Positions 29,758 to 38,288 of a stretch of 64,000 nt of DNA are shown here, one piece after another (position 1 is the stretch's first letter; each line of letters opens with the position of its first letter). The stretch is from Nitrospinales bacterium. Lineage in GTDB: Bacteria > Nitrospinota > Nitrospinia > Nitrospinales > VA-1. The notes under the pieces are model-generated. The model worked only from the letters and a program-made list of their open reading frames with translations, had not been told where the DNA came from and searched no databases. Made by a program: the position numbers and the translations under genes. Where the stretch lies: the NCBI GenBank assembly GCA_965223795.1, contig CBDCXL010000002.1, positions 2,848,001-2,912,000 on the forward strand, given 5' to 3'.

Positions 29758-30588
29758 TTAATGGATGCCGCTTTTTTTGTCGCCCAGCGGACCGGTGTAG
29801 GAAGGACTGTAGGTTTTCAGATCGCCCAGCTTGTCGGGGTTGCGGTTTTCCCAGGCTTTGAAGAAGCGCGCGAAGCCGAGGGTCAGCACCCGCAGTGTGG
29901 CTTCGAGAACGATGGCGAGGGAGAATTTCGATTCGCCGTCGCGCCGCTCGGTGAAGATGATGGGGATCTCTCGGATGTCGAAACCGCTCTGGTGGGCGAA
30001 AAAGCTCACCTCGATCTGAAATCCGTAGCCGTCGCTTTTGACTTCGTCCCAGTTCAGCCGCTCGATGACGTTTTTGTGGATCGCCTTGAAACCTCCGGTC
30101 GGATCGGTGAGCGGCAGGCCGGTGATGAATCGGGTGTAGACGCCCGCGCCGACGCTCACCATCAGCCGCCGGAGCGGCCAGTTGATGACGCTGATGCCGC
30201 TTAAGTAGCGCGAGCCGAGCGCGATGTCCGCACCCTGTTCGATGACCTCTAAAAGCCGGGGGATGTCTTTGGGATCGTGGGACAGGTCGCTGTCCATCTC
30301 CAGGCACACGTCGTAGCCGTTCTCAAGCCCCCACTGAAACCCTTCCTTGTAGGCCGTCGCCAGCCCCATTTTTCTGGGGCGCAGTTTGAGAAAAATCCGT
30401 TTTTGAAATTCAGGGTGGGTCTTGACTTTATCAGCCGTTCCGTCGGGGGAGGAATCGTCCACCACCAGCACATCGAGAGGCCGGGGCAGTTGCAGAATGG
30501 CGTCCAGAACCAGAGGCAGGGAAACCGCTTCATTGTACGTGGGGAGGATCACCACCGCACGGTCTGTTTTACGCGGGGCAGGGTTCAT
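29758..30588 (-). CDS. Polyprenol-phosphate mannose synthase (Ppm1/DPM1-like GT2)
   Basis: LPTYNEA, VDDSSPDGT, GLATAY..GF, EMDSDLSHDP, GSRY, DPTGGFKA, GYGFQIE, EIPIIFTERRDGESK. Confidence 0.9.
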   Translation of the reverse strand: MNPAPRKTDRAVVILPTYNEAVSLPLVLDAILQLPRPLDVLVVDDSSPDGTADKVKTHPEFQKRIFLKLRPRKMGLATAYKEGFQWGLENGYDVCLEMDSDLSHDPKDIPRLLEVIEQGADIALGSRYLSGISVINWPLRRLMVSVGAGVYTRFITGLPLTDPTGGFKAIHKNVIERLNWDEVKSDGYGFQIEVSFFAHQSGFDIREIPIIFTERRDGESKFSLAIVLEATLRVLTLGFARFFKAWENRNPDKLGDLKTYSPSYTGPLGDKKSGIH

Positions 30589-30727
30589 GCTTTGTCAGAA
30601 AGAGAGGGAGACATGCGCCACGGGTGAAGCAAAGGCTTTCATTATACTATCCGCCGGTAAAATGTCACCCAAAAAAGCGGACGGCAACTCTTTGATTTGC
30701 CTTGAGATGTTATGATCGCGCTGGCGT

Positions 30728-31702
30728 TTACGCGGCCTTGCGTTTCTGCACCCAGCGGTCCATCGCCCAGGCCACGGCCAGCGCGTACGCCGAGCCCCAG
30801 AGGATGTCGAGGATGTAATGGTGGTTGAGGTACACGGCGCCGAAGCAGATGAGCAGGTAGAAGGCCACGCAGAACACCCGCAGGGAGCGCAGCTTGAACG
30901 CGAAATACACCGAAAGCAGCGGAAACGCCACGTGCAGCGAGGGGATGGCGCCGAACACGTTGGGCGTGCGGGAATAAAATTCCGCGAACAGCGTGACGCC
31001 GAACAACGCGTCGAAGCGCGCGGCGCCGGCGGCGCTGGGCGGCGCGTCCAGCCGCACCGGATCGAGCAGGCCGTATTGATCGACGTACCAGGGCGGCGCG
31101 GCGGGATACCAGTAATAGGTGGAGCAGCACAAAAGATTGAGCCAGAACATGCCCCACATCAGCGCGTGCGTCTGTTTTTGCACTGCGTCGGCGCTCAGAA
31201 CGGAGGTGCCGCGTTCGCCCAGGCGGTAGCGGAAATACAGCGCCACCGCGAGAAACACCGGCACGAAGGTGATGTAGGACAGGCTGACGATGACATCGAG
31301 AACCGGGTGGGTGTGGTTTTGCCACCATTGGGTCGGCAACAGGCGGCCGGCATCGGTTTCGATGCCGAAATAGATCATGTCGAAGAGATAGGGCTCGGCG
31401 ACGCGCACCTTGCCGCGCAGGGCGTCGTCGTAATAACCCTGGCTGTCGTACAGGATGAGATAGAGCACGAAAGGCAGGAGCAGCAGATACAGACTGCGGG
31501 TGAAGGGGCCGCCGTAATACAGCAATACAAACAGCGCCGTCGCGAAATGGTCGATGCGCAGTCCGCCGAGCGCATAGTGCGCCGCCCAAAATGCCGCAAG
31601 CAGAGCGAGCGGCAGCCATTTCTGCACGGGGGAGCGGCTTTGCCACCACTTGAGCCAGGCGTCGGCCGTCGGGCGGGGCAGGGCGCGAACGTCGATGGGC
31701 AT
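30728..31702 (-). CDS. Aur1-like inositol phosphorylceramide synthase (PAP2_3 family)
   Basis: PAAPPWY, AGAARFDALFG, FGAIPSLH, VYLNHHYILD: the Aur1/IPCS catalytic His/His/Asp motifs. Confidence 0.85.
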   Translation of the reverse strand: MPIDVRALPRPTADAWLKWWQSRSPVQKWLPLALLAAFWAAHYALGGLRIDHFATALFVLLYYGGPFTRSLYLLLLPFVLYLILYDSQGYYDDALRGKVRVAEPYLFDMIYFGIETDAGRLLPTQWWQNHTHPVLDVIVSLSYITFVPVFLAVALYFRYRLGERGTSVLSADAVQKQTHALMWGMFWLNLLCCSTYYWYPAAPPWYVDQYGLLDPVRLDAPPSAAGAARFDALFGVTLFAEFYSRTPNVFGAIPSLHVAFPLLSVYFAFKLRSLRVFCVAFYLLICFGAVYLNHHYILDILWGSAYALAVAWAMDRWVQKRKAA

Positions 31703-31824
31703 GGGTTGAGGATATAAGAGGTTAAGAAATCAATGAAGTCGGCCCCAACCGGGGCGAACGTCAGGGAATCTATAGAAAACGGCGGGGCAAGTCAAGCGCG
31801 CCCAGGGACAGCAAGGCCGCAGGA

Positions 31825-32388
31825 TCAACCGGTTCGGGTCAGCGTGTTCTTGTCGATGTGATGAAACAGCGCGTCCTGGCCCTTGATTTTCATCTGCGTG
31901 TCTTCTTCATAGCTGAACCGGGATGCGTCGTGGAGGGTGACGGTCAATTCGTAGCGGACGGTCTTGAACTCCTTATCCAGAAAGCGGTTGGAGCAGATGC
32001 CGTAAGTCTCGGATCCGGCGTCGGCAGAGAGGGTGAAGCTCCTGGCGTCCGGCTCCACGGTGCCGCCCGCCAGCACGGTCACGCCGCGCGGCACCAGAAA
32101 GCAGCGCAGCACCTGCTTTTCATTGGCGTCCCACAGCCAGTAACCCAGTTCCTCGTGGAAAGGACTGTCTTCGCCCAGGCGCCAGGCGGTGGTGGAATAG
32201 CGCAGCCCGTACAGCTTCTGTTCGTGATTGTCCACGCAGCCCATCGGCTCGAACACGATGCGCTCGCGGTATTTGTTGGTCTCGACGCCGCGGTCGTCGG
32301 CAGGGGCGGTGTCGTCGCCTTTGTCCCCTTCCCAGGTTCCCATAAGCGGCGCCAGCGGGCCCAGTTTCCGGATTGAATCTTCAGTCAT
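31825..32388 (-). CDS. FABP-like / nitrobindin (DUF1794, THAP4-like) beta-barrel
   Basis: LGPLAPLMGTWEG..G, YRERIVFEP, FHEELGYWLWD, FHHIDKNTL. Confidence 0.8.
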   Translation of the reverse strand: MTEDSIRKLGPLAPLMGTWEGDKGDDTAPADDRGVETNKYRERIVFEPMGCVDNHEQKLYGLRYSTTAWRLGEDSPFHEELGYWLWDANEKQVLRCFLVPRGVTVLAGGTVEPDARSFTLSADAGSETYGICSNRFLDKEFKTVRYELTVTLHDASRFSYEEDTQMKIKGQDALFHHIDKNTLTRTG

Positions 32389-32520
32389 GGTCTCATCCCG
32401 TTAACGTATCTTCACGTGATAAAAAGGCCTTTTGTAGCATTTTCCCAGCCGGTTTGTCGAGTTAAGAACGGGGAAAAGGGGGATGGGGCGGGAAATGGCC
32501 GGAGGTTTCTGAATGCAGGA

Positions 32521-33363
32521 TCAGTTCAGCAGAATTTCGGCGGTTTCGTTCACGTTATCCTGCACTTCCTTTCTCAATGACCTTAAAAACTCCACGTCCA
32601 GTTGCAGCAGTTTCAGAACACCCGGTTTGGCGCTTCCGACAAATCCCTCGCCGCTGTTTCCCAGCTTCATGTTTACGGAAACGATGTCCGCCGCGTGGAT
32701 GGTGGCGGCCTCTTCTTTAAAGCGGGGGGCTTTCAATGGATTGTGATGGTACTCGACGCCCTCGACGATTCGCTCTCCCAGGTTCCACTCCTCCAGCAGG
32801 ATTTGGCCGACTTCATCGTGATTGAAGCCAAAGGTTTCCTTTTCCACTTCCGACAGGGGTTTTTTGCTTTTGACAGATTGAACCACGACCTGTTCCGATT
32901 CCTTGGGCAGTTTTTTCAAAATAACGAGCCGGCCGATGTCGTGCAGCAGCCCGGCCAGGTAAAAACTTTCCGGGTTGACGTCGTTTCTGTGGGCGGCGAT
33001 GGATCGGCTGGCAATACCGCAGGCGATGCAGTGGATCCAGAACAGTTCGGCGTCGAATTTGGGGAATTTGACATCACGGAATTTGCTGACCACTTCGGTG
33101 GACAGCGCCAGATCGACCAATTGATCCAGGCCGACGACGCTGATGGCGTGGGATAGCGTGTCGATGCGGGTGGTGAGGTTGTAATACGGACTGTTGACGA
33201 GTTTTAATAGACGGGTGGTGAGGTTGGCGTCGGACTGGATGATCTCCGTCAAGTCGTTAAAAGAGAAGTCCGGGTTTTTTAACGTCTTTTGCAGTTTGTG
33301 GTAGATGATGGGCGGGGATTGGGTGAATTCCGTGAGGATGACATTGATATCCAGCGTGTCCAT
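32521..33363 (-). CDS. HDOD domain signalling protein
   Basis: LLKLVNSPYY, AISVVG, FWIHCIACG, LAGLLHDIG, GFNHDEVG, YHH. Confidence 0.9.
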   Translation of the reverse strand: MDTLDINVILTEFTQSPPIIYHKLQKTLKNPDFSFNDLTEIIQSDANLTTRLLKLVNSPYYNLTTRIDTLSHAISVVGLDQLVDLALSTEVVSKFRDVKFPKFDAELFWIHCIACGIASRSIAAHRNDVNPESFYLAGLLHDIGRLVILKKLPKESEQVVVQSVKSKKPLSEVEKETFGFNHDEVGQILLEEWNLGERIVEGVEYHHNPLKAPRFKEEAATIHAADIVSVNMKLGNSGEGFVGSAKPGVLKLLQLDVEFLRSLRKEVQDNVNETAEILLN

Positions 33364-33737
33364 GACGCTCTCCAGTGGCAGGTTATTGAGGGGAAGGAAT
33401 GTATTTTATATATACATATATAGTATATGAAAATCTATTTGTGAATTCAAGAAATTTTCAGATGTCAACGATGTGGCAGGTGGAATCTGAAATTTGCAAC
33501 CGCGGCTCTGAATTTTGGATTGCCGCTTGCGGGATGTGGTTTTATTTTCTATTAAAAGAACACGGCCGCAGGCATTCCTCCGGGATGAATTTTTTTTCAG
33601 AGTGCAATAACGGTTTGACTCTGCGGTGCAAGCGGAGATAGAGTTGCATTTTGAAGTGTGTTTTAGAAAAATGCATTCCAGCCTGTAAGATTTTACCTGC
33701 ATCTTGATTTCAGACACGCGGTTTCCGCAAAGAAAGC

Positions 33738-34490
33738 ATGAATTCTACAGAGCCAATGGTTTTAAAGAAAAATGAACTGCCGCGTCTCGGCACGGGGGCG
33801 TTTCTCAAGGCGTTTTTTTCCCATCCCTCGATTCCGTTCTACCTGGTGCTCGCCGTCCTGACAGGGGCGTGGTCGGTGCTCCTGGGCGGGTTCTGGCCGC
33901 TTGCGATCGGCGTCGCCGCGGCGTTCCCGATTTATCCTGTGGTCGAGTACGTCCTGCACCGTTTCATTTTGCACGGGAAATTCATGTACCGGTCGCCGTT
34001 GACGTCGCGGCTGTGGAAGCGGGTGCATTACGATCATCACAGCGATCCCAACGATCCTGGCGTCCTGTTCGCGGCGGTGTACACCACGCTGCCCACGAAC
34101 TTTGCGATCACCGTGCCTCTGGGCTGGCTTGTCATCGGCGGTCCGGCGGGCAGCGCGGCGGGATTTTCGGTGGGGCTTGTGTGCACCCTTTATTACGAAT
34201 TCTGCCACAGCCTGCAGCATTTCAATTACACGCCCAAATCGGCGTATCTCAGAAACATCAAAAAGCTGCATCTCGCGCATCATTTTCACAACGAGAAGGG
34301 CAACTTCGGGATCACCAGTTTTTTCCTCGACAAATGGCTGGGAACGTATTACCCCGGCACCGAGCAGACGCAACGAAGCGCGACGGTGTTCAATCTCGGC
34401 TACGCCGGGGACGAAATGAAGCGGTTTCCTTGGGTGGCGCGCCTGTCGCAGGCCGCCGACACGGCAAAAACCGCGAACGAAACTCCCTGA
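33738..34490 (+). CDS. Fatty acid hydroxylase (FA2H/Scs7, sterol desaturase superfamily)
   Basis: His boxes EYVLHRFILH, HYDHH, YEFCHSLQH, HLAHH, then NFGITS...DKWLGT. Confidence 0.85.
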   Translation: MNSTEPMVLKKNELPRLGTGAFLKAFFSHPSIPFYLVLAVLTGAWSVLLGGFWPLAIGVAAAFPIYPVVEYVLHRFILHGKFMYRSPLTSRLWKRVHYDHHSDPNDPGVLFAAVYTTLPTNFAITVPLGWLVIGGPAGSAAGFSVGLVCTLYYEFCHSLQHFNYTPKSAYLRNIKKLHLAHHFHNEKGNFGITSFFLDKWLGTYYPGTEQTQRSATVFNLGYAGDEMKRFPWVARLSQAADTAKTANETP

Positions 34491-34530
34491 GCGCCCCGCT
34501 CCCAACCCCTTTTACAATATTCCATTGCCT

Positions 34531-35565
34531 ATGAAATCCATCGTCCTCGTCCGTCCCGGTCCCGCGCACAACGCGTTTGAAATGCGCGAAAATAAAACTC
34601 CTGAGCCTAAAGAGGGAGAGGTGCGCATCGACGTGCAGGCTTCGGGTCTCAACTTCGCCGATGTGCTTGCCCGCATGGGCCTGTACCCGGATGCGCCGCC
34701 GTTGCCCTGTGTGCTGGGCTACGACGTTGTGGGAACGGTGAGCGCGGCCGGCGCGGGTGTGGAGAAAATCCGCCCCGGCGACCGTGTGGTGGCCTTCACC
34801 CGCTTCGGCGGCTACGCTTCCAGTGTGATCGCCCACTCCGAGGCGGCGGCGCTCATCCCGGAGGACATGGAAGCGGGCGCGGCGGCGGCTTTGGCGACGC
34901 AGTACTGCACGGCCTGGTACGCTTCCGATGAGATGGTGCGGCTGCATCCGGGAGACAGGGTGCTGGTGCAGGCGGCGGCGGGCGGTGTGGGGCAGGCGCT
35001 CGTGCAGATGGCGAAACGCCGGGGCTGCGTGGTGTTCGGCACGGCAGGATCGAAGGACAAACTCGAAACGCTGGTGGAGTTGGGCGTGGACCACCCGATC
35101 CACTACCGCGAGCAGGACTTTGAAACGGAGGTACGCCGCATCCTGGGCAACGGCGGGCTGGATGTGGTGTTCGATTCGATCGGCGGCAAGACCTTCCGCA
35201 AAGGCTGCCGCCTGCTGGCTCCGGGCGGGCGCATCGTTACGTTCGGCATCGCCCAGGTGGCCGGAAACAGCCGCAATCCATTCCGCGCGCTCAGGACGCT
35301 GATCGGCTTCGGCCTGCTGCATCCCATTCCGCTGCTGTCCCGGTCGCAGGGCGTGATCGGCGTCAACATGCTGCGCATCGCGGACGAAAAGCCGAAGCTG
35401 CTGCGCCACTGTCTGCAGGCGGTGGTGTCGCTGGCGGTCAAGGACGAGCTGAAGCCGCGCGTCGGCGCCGTGTTCCCGGCTGAAGACGTGGCCGACGCGC
35501 ACGAACTTCTCGCCAGCCGCAAGTCGACCGGCAAAATCGTGCTCGAATGGACGCCCGGCGGCTGA
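34531..35565 (+). CDS. Zinc-independent medium-chain reductase, VAT-1-like
   Basis: GLNFADVLARMGLYPDAP, FGGYAS, VLVQAAAGGVG, STGKIVL. Confidence 0.85.
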   Translation: MKSIVLVRPGPAHNAFEMRENKTPEPKEGEVRIDVQASGLNFADVLARMGLYPDAPPLPCVLGYDVVGTVSAAGAGVEKIRPGDRVVAFTRFGGYASSVIAHSEAAALIPEDMEAGAAAALATQYCTAWYASDEMVRLHPGDRVLVQAAAGGVGQALVQMAKRRGCVVFGTAGSKDKLETLVELGVDHPIHYREQDFETEVRRILGNGGLDVVFDSIGGKTFRKGCRLLAPGGRIVTFGIAQVAGNSRNPFRALRTLIGFGLLHPIPLLSRSQGVIGVNMLRIADEKPKLLRHCLQAVVSLAVKDELKPRVGAVFPAEDVADAHELLASRKSTGKIVLEWTPGG

Positions 35566-35569
35566 ACCG

Positions 35570-36010
35570 TTATTTCCTGCCTTCCTCCAGATCGATCAGA
35601 TCCACCCAGGTGCCGATGTCGGCACGGTGCGGGTTCAGCCGGTCCAGCTGCTCGATGAAGTAGTCCATGCTTTCGCCCGGCTGCGGGCTGTTGGCGATGA
35701 AGCGGATGTTGAACAGCCTGCGTTCCCGCTCCGAGCGGGAACGGGTCTGCTCGAGCGCCCACTCGGAAATGCGGTCGTCGTCCTGCGCCGCGGCCCGGTC
35801 TGCGAACGCTTCCGCGTCGGCGCCGATGAAATCCAGAACCCTGCGGTCAAGCGGGCAGGGGTAGATGTATTCCCCCAGCGTGCCCTGCCGGTAGGCGCGC
35901 GCCTTGTCGATCATGCGCGGCAGGTGCAGGATGCCGGCCATGATTTCCCGCGGGCTGCGTGGCGGCTGCCGGTTCAAGTCGAGATGGGGTATGGTTTGCA
36001 CGGTGGTCAT
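35570..36010 (-). CDS. DUF5069 domain protein
   Basis: PPRSPR...G..HLPRMIDKARA...GTLGEYIYPCPLD, DLIDLEEGR. Confidence 0.8.
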   Translation of the reverse strand: MTTVQTIPHLDLNRQPPRSPREIMAGILHLPRMIDKARAYRQGTLGEYIYPCPLDRRVLDFIGADAEAFADRAAAQDDDRISEWALEQTRSRSERERRLFNIRFIANSPQPGESMDYFIEQLDRLNPHRADIGTWVDLIDLEEGRK

Positions 36011-36070
36011 GATGTTCTCCTTTCGTATTTATTTCAGCGGCACGATGCCGTGATGATCTGGTTTTTTTAT

Positions 36071-36820
36071 TCAGACCGGCAGCATCTGGCCGATCTGTTT
36101 TTCCTGCGACTTGGCATCGGTCCGGTAATCTTTTTCAAATTGCACGGACATCGGGTCGATGAAGATGTCTTCCCGGCCGCGTTCGATGGCGTCGAGCGTG
36201 CCATTGGCCAGTTCCGCAGGAGAGGATTTTTCCATCTCGACGTCCTTCGCCATGTCGGTGTCGATGGGGCCGGGATACAGGCCGAACACTTCGGTTCCCT
36301 GCGCCGCCAGTTCGGCGCGGATTCCCTGGGTCAGCGAATGCAGCGCGGCCTTGGAGGCGCTGTAGGAGCCGAGTGCCGGGAAATTGGCGAGGCTCGCCAC
36401 AGACAAGACGTTGAGGATCGCGCCGCCGCCGTTGCGTTTGAGAACGGGGGCGAACGCCCGGCTCATGGCCAGCGTGCCGAAATAATTGACTTCCATTTCC
36501 TCGCGGGCGGCGTCCATGCTTTCAGCGGCGATGAGACCCTGAAATTTCGCGATGCCGCCGTTGTTGATGAGCAGGCCGACATCGCCCGCGGTGTTGGCGG
36601 CGTCTTCCACCTGCTCCGGGCGGGTGATGTCCAGCCTGAGCGGAACGATGGCGTTGCCGTTGCGGGCCAGCCATTGTGATTCGTCGCGGCGGAACGCTTC
36701 CACATCCCGGACGCCGGCGTACACTTTTTTCGCGCCCCGTTCGATGAGGGCCGACACCAGGGCCTTGCCGATGCCGCGGTTCGAGCCGGTGACCAATGCG
36801 ATGGAGTCCTTGATTTTCAT
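36071..36820 (-). CDS. Short-chain dehydrogenase/reductase
   Basis: TGSNRGIG, INNGG, YSASK, PGPIDTDM. Confidence 0.9.
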   Translation of the reverse strand: MKIKDSIALVTGSNRGIGKALVSALIERGAKKVYAGVRDVEAFRRDESQWLARNGNAIVPLRLDITRPEQVEDAANTAGDVGLLINNGGIAKFQGLIAAESMDAAREEMEVNYFGTLAMSRAFAPVLKRNGGGAILNVLSVASLANFPALGSYSASKAALHSLTQGIRAELAAQGTEVFGLYPGPIDTDMAKDVEMEKSSPAELANGTLDAIERGREDIFIDPMSVQFEKDYRTDAKSQEKQIGQMLPV

Positions 36821-36850
36821 GATGGTTTCTCTCTTTTACAGGTTTAATAT

Positions 36851-36865
36851 GTCAGTTAAATAACT
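36851..36865. promoter_or_regulatory. Putative TetR operator upstream of the SDR gene
   Basis: GTCAGTTAAATAACT with AGTTA/TAACT arms; matches the site upstream of tetR. Confidence 0.5.
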
Positions 36866-36883
36866 AAAATCGGGTGAAAAAAT

Positions 36884-37441
36884 TTACAGGGACTCAATCC
36901 AGGCTTTCAGCCGGGCCGCTTCCCATTCGATGGTCTTGCCGTCGTTCAAGGCGCTGGCGACGACGGCGGCCCCCTGCATCGCGGCGATGAACTGGATGCC
37001 CGACTTTTCGGCGTCCTTCAGGCCCAGGGCGCGAAACTGCTGCGTCACCCATTTCAACTGGCGCTTGAGCAGGGCGTCGGCCTTTCGGGAAAGGGCGGTT
37101 TTGTCCTTGTCCAGCTCCTGGCACAGGCTTCCCACCGGGCAGCCGTACTGCCGGGTCTTGTTTTTGTGCTTGAGAAAGATGCCGAGGAACCGGTCCAGCC
37201 GTTCTTTGGGGTCGGAAATTGCATCCCATTCCTTCATGCGGGCGTTGAAATGTTCCAGCCTGCGGTCGATGACCGCTGCGGCCAGATCGTCCTTGGTCTT
37301 GAAATAATAATAGACGTTGCCCAGAGGAACGCCGGAATCGCCGGCGATGTCGGCGAGCGAGGTCTGGTTGAACCCGGCCTGATGGAACAGCTTCCCGGCG
37401 GAGTCGATCAGCATTTCTCTTTTGTTCGCGGTTTTCGGCAT
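36884..37441 (-). CDS. TetR/AcrR family transcriptional regulator
   Basis: GFNQTSLADIA...GVPLGNVYYYFKTKDDL HTH; GCPVGSL. Confidence 0.92.
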   Translation of the reverse strand: MPKTANKREMLIDSAGKLFHQAGFNQTSLADIAGDSGVPLGNVYYYFKTKDDLAAAVIDRRLEHFNARMKEWDAISDPKERLDRFLGIFLKHKNKTRQYGCPVGSLCQELDKDKTALSRKADALLKRQLKWVTQQFRALGLKDAEKSGIQFIAAMQGAAVVASALNDGKTIEWEAARLKAWIESL

Positions 37442-37452
37442 GGCCTGAAAAA

Positions 37453-37472
37453 TAAGTTAATCAACTGACTTA
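37453..37472. promoter_or_regulatory. Putative TetR autoregulatory operator
   Basis: TAAGTTAATCAACTGACTTA imperfect palindrome; its reverse complement contains GTCAGTTGATTAACT. Confidence 0.5.
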
Positions 37473-37547
37473 ATGATAGGGCCTGTTGTCGCCGATGTCA
37501 AGCGGTTCGGGTGTTTTTTTCAGTGAAAGTTCACCGCCGGGCCGGAC

Positions 37548-37814
37548 TCATTTGTAGGAGCCGTCTCTCCGCTTCCACAGATAATGCAGAATGCCCTGAT
37601 AAATCAAGGCGGCCGGGCTTGCGAAAAACAGCCACAGCGGCCACAGGTTGGAGCCGGAGATCAAGGCGTAGAGCGTGATCGCCAGAACGACCGCCATGAC
37701 GCCTGCCGAAACCAGGGAGGCTTTTCTCCACCCTCCCTCCATGTTCTTCAGGCTGTGCCATTGCACGTAGAGGTAAGCGAACACCATCAAATAAAAAAAG
37801 GTGATCATGAACAT
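37548..37814 (-). CDS. Small membrane protein (about 3 TM helices)
   Basis: 88 aa hydrophobic ORF with a GAGGAAGGAG SD-like sequence upstream; GSNLWPLWLFF. Confidence 0.65.
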   Translation of the reverse strand: MFMITFFYLMVFAYLYVQWHSLKNMEGGWRKASLVSAGVMAVVLAITLYALISGSNLWPLWLFFASPAALIYQGILHYLWKRRDGSYK

Positions 37815-37862
37815 GGCAGGCTCCGGACTCCTTCCTCATCCCGGCCAGGGGATGGAATGACT

Positions 37863-38288
37863 TCAACGGTGAACTTGGATGAACCATCGGGGCCGCATGC
37901 GGCCGAAATCGGTGCGGCGGTTGGTTTTCAGCGCTTTTTTCGGATCCAGCACACAAGGGTCTCCGCCGTCGCGGCTGAACAGGACCCAGTGCCAGAAGGG
38001 AACGCCGTTTTCCACATGCCATTTTATCGCAAGCAATGCGCAATCGGGCAGCGCATCCCAGCTTGTGAACGGGGTTTCCTTTCCCGCGACCTTTATGTTG
38101 AGCTGCGCCAGCAGTCTGCGCAGGGGCCGGGTGCTCGACCACAGTGCGGCATCACCGGCGCTGATGCCGAGCGCTTTGGCGCTTTGTCTGGCCTGGTTGT
38201 AGGTGAGGCCCGCCAGCATGGCGGCGCAGGCGAGGGCGCAGCCCGTGGGCTCCTGCTGAACGACCGGCCGTTTGAGAGCGGCCGTCAT
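37863..38288 (-). CDS. C39-like papain-fold cysteine peptidase
   Basis: QQEPTGCALAC, HWVL, VLDP; ATGA-coupled to the desaturase stop. Confidence 0.7.
   Translation of the reverse strand: MTAALKRPVVQQEPTGCALACAAMLAGLTYNQARQSAKALGISAGDAALWSSTRPLRRLLAQLNIKVAGKETPFTSWDALPDCALLAIKWHVENGVPFWHWVLFSRDGGDPCVLDPKKALKTNRRTDFGRMRPRWFIQVHR

Noticed and set aside
33401..33430. TA-rich stretch with CATATA-TAG-TATATG inverted repeat
   Set aside because: Low-complexity AT sequence forms such palindromes by chance, and there is no second copy to support an operator.
36071..36820. SDR as the 3-ketosphinganine or ceramide reductase
   Set aside because: It looks like a generic classical SDR tied to its own TetR and operator. 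A role is not excluded, but nothing in the sequence supports it.
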